From contig MU619255.1 in NCBI GenBank assembly GCA_025201805.1, positions 237,034 through 301,033 of the forward strand: a stretch of 64,000 nt of DNA, given 5' to 3'. Positions 40,054-53,879 of the stretch are shown piece after piece. Every line of letters starts with the position of its first letter. The stretch's first letter is position 1. The DNA comes from Parasitella parasitica NRRL 2501. Taxonomy: Eukaryota > Fungi > Mucoromycota. The notes under the pieces were generated by a model. That model had not been told where the DNA came from. It did not search any database and saw only the letters and a program-made list of their open reading frames with translations. A program made the translations under genes and the position numbers.

Positions 40054-40554
40054 ATGTTAATCTCAATATTTTAGATGTATATTAATTTAAAAAACAAGAT
40101 ATCTGTAGCCAGATCAACAAGTAGATTTGTTTTCTCGATGGAATTCCATTAGACTTTGAAACGACTACCTTTCTTCGAGTGGAAATGGCAATACCTGAAG
40201 ACACTGCTTCATTTTGGATAAAATAAGTGGCCGGGCCATGACAAAGAAGCAAAAGTTTTTTTTATGGTCTCCGGCCGAACCAAGTTTTTTTTAGGCTACT
40301 AGTGAAGGCAGATTGATGTATCGTTAAGCCGTTCTCTTTTCACTTACTGGTCATTTGTATGTATAAGTTTTGATAATGAAGGATACATCCATCTGTTATT
40401 ATATAATAGAGATGGATGCACAAGATAATGGTGATAAAGTACTAATCTCTTCTATTTTTTTTCTTCTAAAAAAAATCAACACCCACCTTTCAACCTCAAC
40501 ATTTTTTCTATAATTCAACAACCATACATCACTAAAACAACCAATTTATAGATC

Positions 40555-41476
40555 ATGGTTTTGAAGCATAACAACCAGTTGCCTAACCAGCATTTCCGCA
40601 AGCAATGGGACCTTCGCGTTAAGACTTGGTTTGATCAAGCCGGTCGCAAGAAGTCTAGAAGAATCGCACGTGTCCAAAAGGCTGGTCGTATTGCTCCCAG
40701 ACCCATTGATGGTCTTCTCCGTCCTGCTGTCCGTTGCCCTACTGTTCGTTACAACATGAAGTTGAGATCTGGCCGTGGTTTCACTCTCGAAGAACTCAAG
40801 GTTTGCGATTTTTTTTTTCTGGATCAAAGAAAAAAATATTAAAAAATTTATAATAGGAAGCTGGTGTCCGCCGTAAGGAAGCTCGTTCCATTGGTATTGC
40901 TGTTGACTTCCGTCGCCGTAACAAGTCTAATGAGTCTCTCGAACTTAACGTCCAACGTTTGAAGGCTTATAAGGCTAAGCTCATCGTTTTCCCCCGCAAG
41001 GCTGGCAATGCCAAGAAGGGTGATTCTGAGGTAATGTATAGCAAGAAGATGTGGATAAAACATGTGAAATGTCAGATGAAATGATGCCAAATATGGATAT
41101 GTATCGTAGTTGAGTTGCTACACAACCGTTGCATTGATATGATGGTTCAGATCTGAGGGTAGAAAGTGATTATGAGGAAATTTTCTTGACATTTCGTACA
41201 TGAATCGGTTGAATTCTCTTTGCAATTTAAGAAATGTAAATTAATCAATATTGTTTGTAGGCTGCCGAAGTTGCTTCTGCTGTTCAATTCCGTGGTCCTC
41301 TTTTCCCCGTTGAACAAATTGCAGCTGCCCCTGAAGCTCGTGCTATCACTGCTGAAGAGAAGGCTACCAACGCTTACATGAAGCTCCGTTATGCCCGCTC
41401 TGCTGCCCGTACTCTTGGTGCCCGTGAGAAGCGTGCTCGTGATAAGGCCGAGGAGGAGGCCAACAAGAAGAAATAA
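40555..41476 (+). CDS. RPL13: 60S ribosomal protein eL13
   Basis: '[18 protein letters not shown]', '[13 protein letters not shown]', '[10 protein letters not shown]'. Introns 40801-40856 and 41031-41260. Confidence 0.98.
41061..41202 (+). ncRNA. Candidate intronic structured RNA / box C/D snoRNA
   Basis: Oversized intron. A ~16-bp outer stem (41061-41076 with 41184-41202) encloses C-like ATGATG (41081), TTGA, C'-like ATGATGG (41139) and D box CTGA (41153). Confidence 0.55.
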
Positions 41477-42194
41477 ATTAATTCATTAAAATAATCTATT
41501 TCTCATTTTTTCATTAAAAAATTGCTCTTTCATACTTTCTTTTTGTACTGAAAAAATGAATTGTGCATATAACTGTAGTCGTTTGGGATCGAGAAATCAA
41601 AGGCTACTAAAGAAACTATAAATGCAGGTAGAAAACGTAAGTTATTCTATCCCAGGGTAATAAACCATACCATTAAGGGCCTTGCAAATCTTTATGACAG
41701 CCATTATCTTACTGAGGATTATTATTTTAAAACTGTTATCTGCAACCTAGCATTGCTATTGAGCAAAATATGCCTTTTTTCTATCTTCCGCTATTTATAA
41801 CCTTTTGGTCAATAAGCTATTTATGACCAATGTTTCTTAGCTTATTCTCTCCATTTTTACCCAAAACGTAGCATAAATTATGTCTAAAGTGCAGTTGCGG
41901 TATGTATGATATGCTCAACAACTTTTTATCATCTCATGTCCAGCATCTTTTTGCTAATTTTTGAGCTTTTCAAACAAAACAACGAAAAAGATCACCTAAT
42001 TTCAAAGAGAGGTAGATTGAAAATTTTAACTCTTACCACATTCATTTTTAGAAATGAAACAGTTGAACATATGTTATGTAATTGAAGTGGAGCCATCATG
42101 ACGGTAGGATTTTCGAAGTTGGCAATAAATTCCCCGCTTTTATGGGTATAAATAGCTCTTCAATCCATCTTTACCCCCACAGCCTGTTCAACTA

Positions 42195-42993
42195 TGAAGA
42201 TGTCACATCCAAATACCGGTATGATTTTGAAAGATAATCATTACTCCGACTTGACAGATCAGGAAGTCAATCCACGTATACAATATGCTGAAAGGCCAAT
42301 GATGGCATTTAGAGTCGTCGATGACTCCTTCTATTAGTGGGCAAAAATCACCCTATTATAATTTAAATGCAAATGGCTCTTTTCTACTTACACCTCTTAG
42401 GTACAGCTCAACAAGAAAGTGAATATCAACAAAAGGCACTTTTACAAACCATGAATTTATGACAAACGATACAATGGTACCTGTAAATTATAATCAGCAA
42501 GTATATTCCCCGTCCCCTTTACCATTGAGATATAGGCATGGTAATGAATTAGAAGAACAGCCAACGCGATCAAACCGAAACCATGCAGGAGGCAGTAGTG
42601 CTGGTGGCACCAAAATGACTGTCAACAAACGAGACAAGGCATTGGAGAGAAACCGACAAGGTATATACATACATTTGTTTGCTAATGTCATATTAACTCT
42701 CTTTATATATAGCTGCACTGAGATTTTGACAGCGAAAGAAGGAATGGCTAAAGCAGTTGCAGTCCAATGTTGATGTATTAACAAAAGAAAAAAACCGAGT
42801 TCTTGCGCAACAATCATTGTCACTCCCAGAAGAGATATTGAACCTGAAAGCAGTGCTGCTAGCGCACAGAGATTGCTTGCATGCACATTTAACTGCAAAC
42901 AGTATCAATTTTGATAATTTACTGTATAGGTTGAGCAATAGTCCTAACTCTGCTGCTGCTACAAATACATCACCTCATGCTACTCCACTTTAA
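42195..42993 (+). pseudogene. ATF/CREB-type bZIP transcription factor pseudogene
   Basis: 'LERNRQ|AALRF*QRKKEWLKQLQ...EEILNLKAVLLAHRDC'. In-frame TGA at 42727-42729 where Arg is conserved. 5' boundary uncertain. Confidence 0.8.
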
Positions 42994-43064
42994 AATACTT
43001 TGAATGTCTCGTTTGTAGATAATAATGTATAATTAATAAAGCAGCATTTTATTACTATTGCTAT

Positions 43065-43799
43065 TTATTTTGCCTGGTGAAACGACAAAACTCTTTTTAA
43101 CTTCTTTGAGAGTGTCTTGCCTTTATTTGTTAATTTGGATGATTGTCGTCTTAAACTAGGCGTAGCAGGCGAAGCAGATTGATAATTGAATTTGTCTAAA
43201 AACATGCTCGTTCTACGTCCAAGGTTGCGAACTGAATCATCATTGATGCTTGATTTGGCTCTATGCAGTATGCGTTTCGGGGAGAACTTAGATGAAGGCG
43301 TAGATGGCGGTGTATTAATTTCTTCTTCGTCTTCATCATCTAGGTCAATATCATCATCGTAAAACTCACGCTCAATTGCTTTGGGCGGTTGAAGGCTCAC
43401 TGGAGTTTCGGATTGATCTGTTGCCACAGAAGGCGATGGAATATTTAAGCTACTGCAAATGGATGGCTCTTGAAAGCTAACAGTTCGGGAGGCTGCGATG
43501 GAGACATGCTCGTCACTCGTTTGATGCACTTGCTCTTGTTCTTGTACTATTTCTTGGTCACTATGAGACGAAATTAACTCTATTTAACGGCAAACATGTC
43601 AGTAAAAGTCCACAAACAGAAAAGGGGGAAATAGGAGAGTAATCTAACCTTCTGGAAGTTCCTGTGCCTGCTCCTGCTCCTGCTCCACTTCCGAAATTTG
43701 GTTTATTGGAGCGGTGGATTCTACAGGGTCAGTCACTACAATCGAGGAAGGACGGGACCATACTTGTTGTAAATAAAGTATTGAAGATACTCGCAGCAT
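43065..43799 (-). CDS. Hypothetical disordered protein with basic C-terminus
   Basis: Exon 43649-43799 splices in frame to the exon ending 'LSKKLKRVLSFHQAK*'. Confidence 0.65.
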
Positions 43800-46524
43800 T
43801 TGTTTGTGTATATGTATGTATAAAGAAGAAGAGAAAGAGAAACAGAAACGAAAGAAGAATGAGAGAGAGATTTAAGGAGAAGTTATAAAAAAAGTTAAAC
43901 TCGCAGGTATCAGCATCAATAGTAGCACCAACATCACCACCACCAGCAACAGCAGCAGCATAGAAGCAGAAGTATCATCATACAAGCACTTTCCCTCTTA
44001 TTATAAGTTAGGGCTCCAGGGGTTTTTATACTATAATTTACCTTTTTTCAGGGCGTGTCACATGGAATTACATTGTTAGAAATTATACTAAACTATACAT
44101 CATATAATTACTCACTAATAGGGGCGTAATTTGCAAGTCAAACAATCAAATCTATACAAAAAAAGTGGTATTTTTAGCCTTAGTGATTGTTGATGCAAAA
44201 CTGCGCATATGTAGAATCAATTGCCAACTGCATGCTGTCGATGTGGACGTGCAGAGTAGAATACCACAACATCTCATTACAGTCATGATTTCGCCTATAA
44301 TATATTCTGTGTTTTGTTTAATTTACTCCTTACTGTTGCGGTTTTCCCACTGCTAATTGACTAAACTACTGAGCGATGAATCCAAGCATCTCTAAAACTA
44401 CTGATTGAAAGAATGTAGTATCACATTTCCCCTCTGATTTGGTGTCCTTGTAATATGAACCAAATCAATCGTTTCAGCCTCACACCAACCGACCTGTACT
44501 TAGACAACTATGGTTTTGTAAATATTGTAAAGGCAATTTATGATGATGATGTTTTGTTTACGATTCTATTCAGCCACACATTTATACACAAGCACAAACA
44601 AAAATTTCAAAACATTTGACATTTCCTTGTGGTTTATCACTATGTGGTACGTGGTATTGCTTTCTACTTTATCTTTTTTCTATGATAGTAATCTTACAAA
44701 TTGACCCATCATATTCTTTAAATAAAATATTGACAATCAGGCAAACTGAATAGTCATATCGTCTATGTTTTTACGCTGGAAAAAGAGTTACGCTACCATT
44801 CATCTTTATGATCATCATTACTACTTAATTTTAGAATAAATTAAGTTACTACCCTGGAAACGATATAAAAAGACTCACTTCTCAGACTTTTTGTCCAATA
44901 TTTGCCTTTCTTTAAGCTTCTCAACTATTTTCGCTTGACATCTATGTCTCATCCTATTTTAAATATTATACCAACAATGCTAAGAAATTTATGTCTGGGT
45001 TCCCTTTTTGATATATTTTTATACGATTTGGAGATATATGTTTCAATCTAACAAGCAAACACGTCAACCACTCCATTTATCCGTACTCCAACTTTTTTTA
45101 AGCGTGTATTCACATTGGCGTGCCTGCGCCTTTCTTTTTTCTTTAAAGCTGAACAAACTATTACGGCAAAATTAATTAACGCTTCTCTTTATTAGCACAT
45201 TATAATATGTGGATGTTTGACCTTAGTTTGAATTGAATTCTTCATTCGCTTGGTAATATCTACTTGATCGGCTTTTGCTGTTTCTCAATCCCAATGCAGG
45301 GTATAAAGATTTAAAAAGAACAGACTATCGAAGTAGTTATGGCCCAATTGTGGGGAGTAGATCATCTTTATTTCATAATCATGAAACTGTTGACGTTAAT
45401 CTAAAACTGCAATAATAAATATGACTGTGGAAACTTTAACCTATTATGCTGTTATTTTGATAATTGAAGATCTTTTCAAACTCTTGAGGTCTGCGCTACA
45501 TCTATCCTAAAATCGTATAATAATTTATAAAAGCAACTACTTGAGACTAATGAGGAATTCAAAGATGAAGCAGATTTTTCAATACAGCAACATGCATGAC
45601 ATGTTATGTACTCTCTGGCGTACGGTGAATTTAATCAATTTGCATTGCAGAGTAGAATTTGCTTGTGACCAAATGATCAAAGTGCATATTAATATTCAGA
45701 TTATTTTGAAAAATTGAAAAGAAACAATAATAATCCATAATTCTCTCCTCCCGTTACATCTAATGAGGAAATCAAGACGCTCGAACCATGTAATGCATTG
45801 TGTCTGCTCTCAAAAGCAGCTCTGATTCAACAAGAGCTAGTTTTTTTTAGTAAAATGGCTTTGTATGATATTACAATCCATCTTGACCAAGAGTTTTGTA
45901 TTTATATGAAAATAGAGCAATTATATACCCATCTATAGCGTGTTTCAGCAATTTTTGATAAAGATATGGGGTAGAAAAGCGGTTGCTTAACCATACTTTT
46001 TCATGAGTCACCCCTCATCTTTCAAATCTAATATCGGAAAGATGCTTTCAAAAATTGATTCCTCATTATATTTAAAGTAAAAGCCTTAAATAACTGTAGT
46101 CTCAAGTGTATACTATTATATAGAGATTGCCTGTTAGGTTATTTTTGCCTTTTTTTTTTGTTCACGATTGGTGAGGGCTTTTCTTTTAAAGAATCGTTAT
46201 CATATCAAGCTACTACTATGTCACAGACTATCGACATCTCACACTTACAGTATGATCATTACGATTAGTAGCATTATATAAGAGTCATATTATTATAAGA
46301 CATACGATGAAGTAGCATCTTAATTTGTGTTTAATACAACTTTACTGATTGATTGTATATTGAAACTAATATGTTTATTTTATATATATAAATTCAATGA
46401 TGTGATAGAGAATGTAAAGGTTAGCGGACATTGTTTAAGCCGTGCTTTGGCTGCCCAGTTTTGTATGTCTGTATACGCAGTCTGCATTTTGACAGGTACC
46501 GTCGAAATTGCACTAACGTTATGT

Positions 46525-47905
46525 TTACAATGATGGAGTTAGGCATTCAAGCAACTAAAAATTATATTATTCTACAACTTACGACTTGACGAGCATAATA
46601 CTTGGGGTCTTTGGGATGGAGAAAGCCACAATTTTGAATTTGACAGTTGGCACCTTTATGGCATGGCAATAAAACTTTTGGTGGGATATTGGCATACTGT
46701 ATAAAACAAGTTTGCTGAGGTGCAACAGTTAAAATATGAAGAAAAGGGCATACAGGATTGGCGCAATATGGATAAAATCTACAAGGAGATGGTATTCTAA
46801 TTATAGGTTTTACAGAGATGGGTAATGTATCAACTTGAGGATGAACGAAACAGCATTCTGATAATCTCTTTTGACAATGAGGAAAATCACTATATATACA
46901 TATTCACATAATTATATGAATACAAGCATATAACATGGGATTAGTCGAGAAATGTGAATTCTGCTTACCGACAGACTTTCGTAGGATGAAAGAATTTGCA
47001 CTGCGTATCGCTTTTGTTGCATTTTGGCCAATACTTACAACGTATTCTTTCAGTCTCATTTCGTAAAGGAATCTTCACAGGGCCCAAACGATCAAATACA
47101 TTAAGTCTACTTTGCTTATGGTCACGACGGTGAGAATTACAGTTGCCAATACACAATTCGCTTGAACGAGAATAGCGTTCATAGTATGTAGCAGAGTAAC
47201 GACGTTTATAGCGACTAGAAGACCTGTGAGCCTGACGATAAGGAGAGCGAGAACGACGTTTATGGCTGTCTCGAGAACGAGAACGACGTCGATCAAAAGA
47301 AACATTTGGAGAACGAGAGCGACGACTAGATGAGTTACTTCGAGAGCGGAAGCGATTACCGCGAGCAATACTTTTTGAACGAGAACGTTCCGGAGTAGGG
47401 CTGCGCACAAGTGAAAATGATTTGGAGTCGATGGCTGGTTCCTTTGTGGATTCAAGCTCTTTTCTGCGTTCGAGGAACCATTCTGTGAGACTTAGATCTT
47501 GAATGAAGTGTCAGAGGTTTAGCATAGTTAGATAGGTTGGTTACGATAGTTACCGTAGTCAGATCCTACAACTACAGACATAAAATCATTTGAATATTCC
47601 TTCAATTTAATATATACAACGCTACTTACGATTTAGAAGATCATTATTGATTGATTCAGAAGGAGTTTCTGCTTGAATCATGGCCACAATGTTGTCCGAG
47701 AGTGTCTCATCTACGGTGTTTGCTGATTTAGTAAAGAGCCAAGTTTGTCAACTTGGTATTGTTACCTCCTGCATCACAGTAATCACTCTCTACAACCTTG
47801 TCATGAATTTCTTTCTAAAGCAATATCGATAGTATAAGGCAATTCGGCCAGCTCAATTGATTTACTTGATGATACCTTTAACTTTTCCCAGAAACTAGCA
47901 TCCAT
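46525..47905 (-). CDS. Nab2/ZC3H14-like protein: PWI-like N-terminus, RS-rich region, four CCCH fingers
   Basis: Spliced N-terminus 'DETLSDNIVAMI...LVGSDYDLSLTEWF', 'NVFDRLG', and fingers CKYWPKC..CKFFH, C.DFPHC..CCFVH, CRFYPYC..CPFLH, CHKGANC..CGFLH. Confidence 0.75.
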
Positions 47906-49651
47906 TTTGAAAATCACACAATCAAAAAAAGAAGAAGATGGAAAGAGAATGCAAGATTTTGAATAGCATGCCGTGTCAAAACTGGATTATGTGACGTGAC
48001 CAGACGTGGCAACTCACGCCAAATGCAAGAAACAGTTGCATTAATTCTGTGCCAAGTAAACGACGACTATCTTCTAATTGAATAACACTCAAAGATTTGG
48101 CTCATCAACAAACAATGTACGGTATACTTAAAATAAATTGCATCTATCTAGACAATTATTACTCTCTTTTGCTGTAATTTTATAGTGATCTACATCACTT
48201 CATTTGAATTGACTTATCATCAATAGTTCAATCAGGCGTAAAGAATCAAATGTAGGATCATTTCCAAGTGGTTATCTCGAAACTGAACATCGTATTACAG
48301 AAAAACGTTTCGAGCCTATAAATTTTATCATGACTTTGAAGTATTACATGGTATAAATCTAACAGTAAATATTCAATCATCATCTTGTTGGATATTATGT
48401 GTTTAAAGAGAATTTGATAAAATTATCTGGCTTTCAACCTAAACATCAGATCAAAATAGTGATACTATAAATTCAGGGGTAATTTTTGTTTCTTTGAAGA
48501 GACGGAAAGATTACACGAATCAAGCCCTTATGACAGCCACTTTTTCATGTAATTCGACAAACAGAACCAAGTATGCATTAAGGGAATTTTTTTCAAAAGT
48601 TAATTTATTGATATTCTTCGCTAAAATGAAGTAGAGACTCTTATCTCATTCTTTGCGAGAATCGTCATCCACATGTTGAATACACTATAATATGGGATAA
48701 AAGAAGCTAAGAAGGAGAAGATATCCAGACGCCATGCATATGACTTTTGCCTGTGCATTATCCATAAACCCAGGGATACATGGTGATACAATTTCCGCCA
48801 TGGGGAACTTTCCTATAGTACAAGACATAAAAATCGCCGTAAAACAAATCGAATCGATNNNNNNNNNNNNNNNTTTTTTTAGTAATTACTGTTTTGGGCA
48901 GCGTGATACAAGCTTAAATATCTCAATAAATGAATCGAAAAAGAACAAGAATGTCATCAAAGCACGACCAATAGTTTAAAAATTGCTTTAATTTGGTTAC
49001 AACCATTTCCATAACTAAATTACAAAGAGCACTGACATTCGAAGGAAGTGAATAGCTGTAAACCCACAAAAGATCCTTTTACGAAAGATAGCCAACATCG
49101 AACCCATCCCGATGCTTTCCATTTGTTTTTCTATTTTGTTAGTTGTGATTTGCTCTGCATTTAGTGCTCCATTTTAAATGTTGATTGATATGTAACATGG
49201 ACCTACCCCTTTTTTTTTCAAAAACATGGACGTGGAACAGCACAAACAAGACATCAAATATCTTTTAAACATGATTTGGAAGTGATCATTTGGTAAGCTT
49301 TTAAGTGCAATGTATTTCTGTATCAAAGGCCAAGGTCACTCGCTGGATTTATTCTTTTAGCGAGCTAGAAACTTTGAGCTTATTTTTGAGTAACCGCGAT
49401 AATCGAGGCAAGGACCCCGCATCTTATTCGAAATAGTGTAGACTCAAGAAATAATGAAAATAGAGATTTGATTTTGAATAAACTTACTTTATTTTCAAGT
49501 ACAAAGGCTCTAAAAGGCCTTTAAAGATTTTAATTGAGAAAAAAACAATGGATGCTTTTTTAAAAATTACGTTTTTAAATATATAATATTACAAAAAATC
49601 GAGAAAATGGTGACAGAAAAAAAGTACAAAGAGTTGATCAGATCACGAAAC

Positions 49652-50776
49652 TTAGTACTTCTTACCGAACATCCAGACTTGGAGATAATCGTAACCAGAG
49701 AGGACACCAGCACCGGCAATAGCACGGAGAATGTTGGCACCAGCACCCTTGAAGAGAGACTTAGTACCTTCCTTGGCAACAATTTCACGGAAAGCGTGGA
49801 GGGAGGAGTCATACTTGACAGCGGAACCAGAGGTCATCATCATACGACGACGGATGGTATCAATAGGGTAAGAGGCTATAGTGAAGAATTAGGATCCAAT
49901 GTAACTTAACTTTTACTCTTGAAATGATATAAAAATACAACATACCAAGACCGGAACCGGTAGTGACAGCCCAACCAAGAGCGAAAGTAGCGAGGAAAGA
50001 GCTTTGGAGATTCTCGGGGAGCAAAGGCTTGAGAGAATCGTAGAGACCAAAGTAGAGACCACGGTAGACAATGATACCAACACAAGAGATGTTGAAACCA
50101 CGGTACAAACCAGCGATACCGTCAGACTTGAGGGTCTGCTTGTAGACATCGACAAGACCCTTGAATTGACGCTCACCGCCCTTCTTGGCAGACTTGGCAT
50201 CGTTAGCAAGACGAGTACGAGCATAATCCAAAGAGTAGACGCTATTATAATCATATTAGTCCATGCAGAAGAGTCTCAGGACAGGTGTAGCACTTACAAG
50301 AAAAGAGAAGCAGCACCAGCAGCACCACCGGAAGCCAAGTTACCGGCGAACCAGGCCCAATAACCATCTCTGTTCTTATCCTTGTTGAACATACGCTTGA
50401 ACTTGTCCTTGAAGGCAAAGTTCAAAGCTTGGGTAGGGAAGTAACGGATAACGTTAGCAGTGTTACCTCTCCAGAAAGAGACAGCACCCTCATCCTTCAT
50501 GGTACGAGCGAAACAATCGCTGATACCCTTGTAAGGAGAAGCGAGACGACCTTGCTTGATCATTTCATCTTGATTTTGGATCAAGAGCTTGATACGCTCG
50601 ATAGGAGCAGCAGCGGTCTTGGAGACAGCAGCAGAAACACCACCCATAAGGAAATCCTAGACAACGGGCAATGTTAATATCGTGGAACAGGCACGCAGAC
50701 ACGACTCTCGCTCTCCCAGCTACTGGATACTTACGATGATGAACTTGTTATTGTTCTTAGCGTCAGCACTGGCCAT
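49652..50776 (-). CDS. AAC: Mitochondrial ADP/ATP carrier
   Basis: '[22 protein letters not shown]', '[23 protein letters not shown]', RRRMMM signature. 4 exons. Confidence 0.98.
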
Positions 50777-50999
50777 TTTTGATTATTTGAATACTTTTTA
50801 GATAAAGAAAAAGGAGAGGGGAGTAATCTAAGGAAAGAAAAGTTTTCAAATCCAAGAAATTTTAAATCCTTTTTATACTGTTGAACAACAACCAGGGGGG
50901 CGTGCAATGGTCTCTCAAACAGTCCCAAACGTTTTTGATGATGGAGAAATATATACGGGGATCTTTTTATTTTTGGAGGGGTTCTGTGGAGATAAATTT

Positions 51000-52274
51000 T
51001 TAATGTTTTTGCCGTTTTCTTACCGCATCTTCATCAGAAGAAAACGAGTTTTTTTCTTCCTCTGGGTCATCATTCAATAAGCTTTGAAGCATGAGTCTTC
51101 GTCGACGTTTGGCAGCTTGATTTGCATCCACCATGTTTCTTAGCAAGTTGCCCTGTAACCCAAGGTTATGAGGTCCAATGATTGATTGGTGTACATGCTC
51201 AATCGATTTGAAATAGCGTACAGTCTAAATGGATACGAAACATCAATACCCAATGATTGTCTACTGCAAATGAACCTTACTTTAACATGGAGTTCCAATG
51301 TTGCATCTTCATCACATATAATCAATCCTTTTGGATGCATTTGTATCGCCGAAACTGTCCACATATGATTAACGCCTTCCTCCAGACATTTTGATAATGC
51401 CAAACTCTTGTGAGCACCCGTAATGACCACGCACACCTCTCTTGCATCCATGACCGTGCTATTGTTTTGTGCAAATTTAATTAGCACATTCCGAGAAAGA
51501 AAAAACTTATGAAACTCACGCAACGCCAACAGTCAATGCCAGTTTAGGAACCTTGGACACATCACCATCAAAAAATCTAGCATTTGCAATAATTGTCTCA
51601 TAGGCCAGTGTCTTCACTCTTGTTCTAGATGTCAATGACGATCCAGGTTCGTTAAATGCGATATGTCCATCAGGCCCAATACCTACATAAACAGACATGT
51701 TTGGTTTTTGTGATTCATGCAAAGAAAGATACACACCTACCACCCAGAAACAGCTCAATGCCGCCCAGTTTTACGATATCTGCCTCGAATTTCGAACACT
51801 CATTGTCCAGGTCCTCAGAATTTCCATCTAAAATATGCACATTCTCTTGCTTTATGTCGACATGTTTAAATAAATGATTCCACATAAACGTATGATATGA
51901 CTGAGGGTGGTCCCTATATTAATATCAACAATTTAGCAATATAAATATTTATGAACATTCATTCCGAGCGTGCCTATTACCTTGGTAATCCCACATATTC
52001 GTCCATATTGAATGTAACTACGTGTTCAAAACTTAACTCTCCTGATTTATAGAAATCAACCAATTTATGATATACTCCAATAGGTGAAGATCCTGTCGGT
52101 AAACCTAAAACAAAAGGCCTTTCTGCAGACGGTTTAAATTGATTGATACGCTCCTTTACGTAATAGGCTATTTATACAGCCATGGTTACCACATATTGGA
52201 TTTTTGTTGATTTAAATTGTTTTACCTGAATAAGCAGAGACTTCCTCGTAGTCTTGTCGCACAATAAGACGCAT
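51000..52274 (-). CDS. NAG1: Glucosamine-6-phosphate deaminase with C-terminal extension
   Basis: '[11 protein letters not shown]', '[10 protein letters not shown]', '[16 protein letters not shown]', '[14 protein letters not shown]'. 6 exons. Confidence 0.95.
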
Positions 52275-52503
52275 AGTGAATTTTCCTTTAATATGCCTTT
52301 ATTGTGATGGTGTGTATCGATTGACTTCTGCTGTGCTTTTCTTGATAATGAAGTTTAACAGAAAGAAAGAAAAGAAATGCTGGCTTGCTTTTCATTTGTT
52401 TCGTGAAAGGGAAAAATGAACTGGTGGACCCTGTAGCGCACATAGTCACGAGAGGTTCATCAATTTTTGCTGGTTTCGTTACATGTAAATTGAAGTTTCA
52501 TGT

Positions 52504-53879
52504 TTATTTAGAGCGTCGTTTAATGTCATTATAATTAACTACTCTGCGAGATCGGCGACGACGGATACGTTCATATCTGTAAAATAGATTTGCAATGTCC
52601 TATGTGATAATATTGATCAGCTGATTCAATTCGGCAGGTGTGCTATTTCGTAGTATTTACCTTTGCAATTACAAATAAACATCCACCTAGTACATTTCTT
52701 TGTAACGTTTCTGGAAAATGGCGTCTTATGAATTTAGAATGGCTCAGATAGCTATTTATAAAATTTAGTTGACGGTTCTACCAGGCAGCTACATCAACAA
52801 ATATCTAACCTTCCTACAATGCTGCTAATGGTAGGCCAGAGCAATGCGCCTATCACAGTGACACTCATATCACGACCTTCTCTACCGAATAAAACTTCTG
52901 TGTCTTGATCTGCGCTTCTATCTGTATTATCCTCAATGTCAATCTCATCCACTGCTGTTCTTCTTCTGGGCTGAGAAGGCCGATGATTTTCATTTGTATT
53001 TACATTGTTTATGCTGTTGTTGTTGTTATTGTTGCGAATCAACGATCGTGAGACTCTCTTTTGCAAGAGCGAATAAATGTTATTGTAAAATAATCTGACC
53101 CAAGGCAATAGACCAAACATAACAGCCGGAGATGGCGGCCATGTGATTCTCAATGGGTACGAGATGCCAGTAATACGTAACAATAATAACGTCGCAGCTG
53201 GCAACACATTGTCAGCCCATTTTGAACGAGACGCTATCAATGCAACAGGAATTGATGGTAATCCGAGCCACGTTCGCCAAGTCCAGTACGCTGGATTGCC
53301 AATTAGTTTTTCTCCTTCCTTTGTGCCAAACAAAGTCAACACTGCATATGCGCCAAATGTAGTAGACGTAATCAACATGGAACACCCTAGACCCAATACG
53401 GTGATGTAAGGAGCAGCTGTATGTACAAGGCTGTCAACAATACTCATCAAAACAAGTGGTATACTGTGAGTCTCGGATAACATGTATGTTGAGTTACATT
53501 GAGGACAAGACACTTTCTTCAATGGGGTATTCTTTTGGGTTTCTGCAATCCAATCCAGTAGACATTGCTCGTGAGATACTAGTGAGCATTGACAGGGATT
53601 GACCCATCTTCCTTCAGAGTCTGTATCTTCTCCAAAACAAATCCAACAGCGCTTGTCATTGTTGGCATTATAGACGTTACTAGCGGCAGAAGCTGCAGTA
53701 TTGTTGTAGTTATGAATAGTTGTAACGTTGGCACTACTCGAACTTCGACTGGTATTGGTGCTGGAATATTCTTCATCTTCTACAGATAGTTGGCTTTCAT
53801 CTAAGCCTGAGATTGGCTGATACCCGTACAGGCCAGCTTCTTCAACGAGAGTTGAGCTTGGGCAGCGAAAATGTGACAT
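52504..53879 (-). CDS. MARCH5-like RING-CH membrane E3 ubiquitin ligase
   Basis: RING-CH 'CWICF...PCQC..VSHEQCLLDW...CPQC', TM segments, 'GALLWPTIS', 'QRNVLGGCLFVIAKD...RRVVNY'. Confidence 0.85.

Noticed and set aside
42727-42729. In-frame TGA as selenocysteine or programmed readthrough
   Set aside because: The position is a conserved Arg and the gene has additional lesions; pseudogenisation is simpler.
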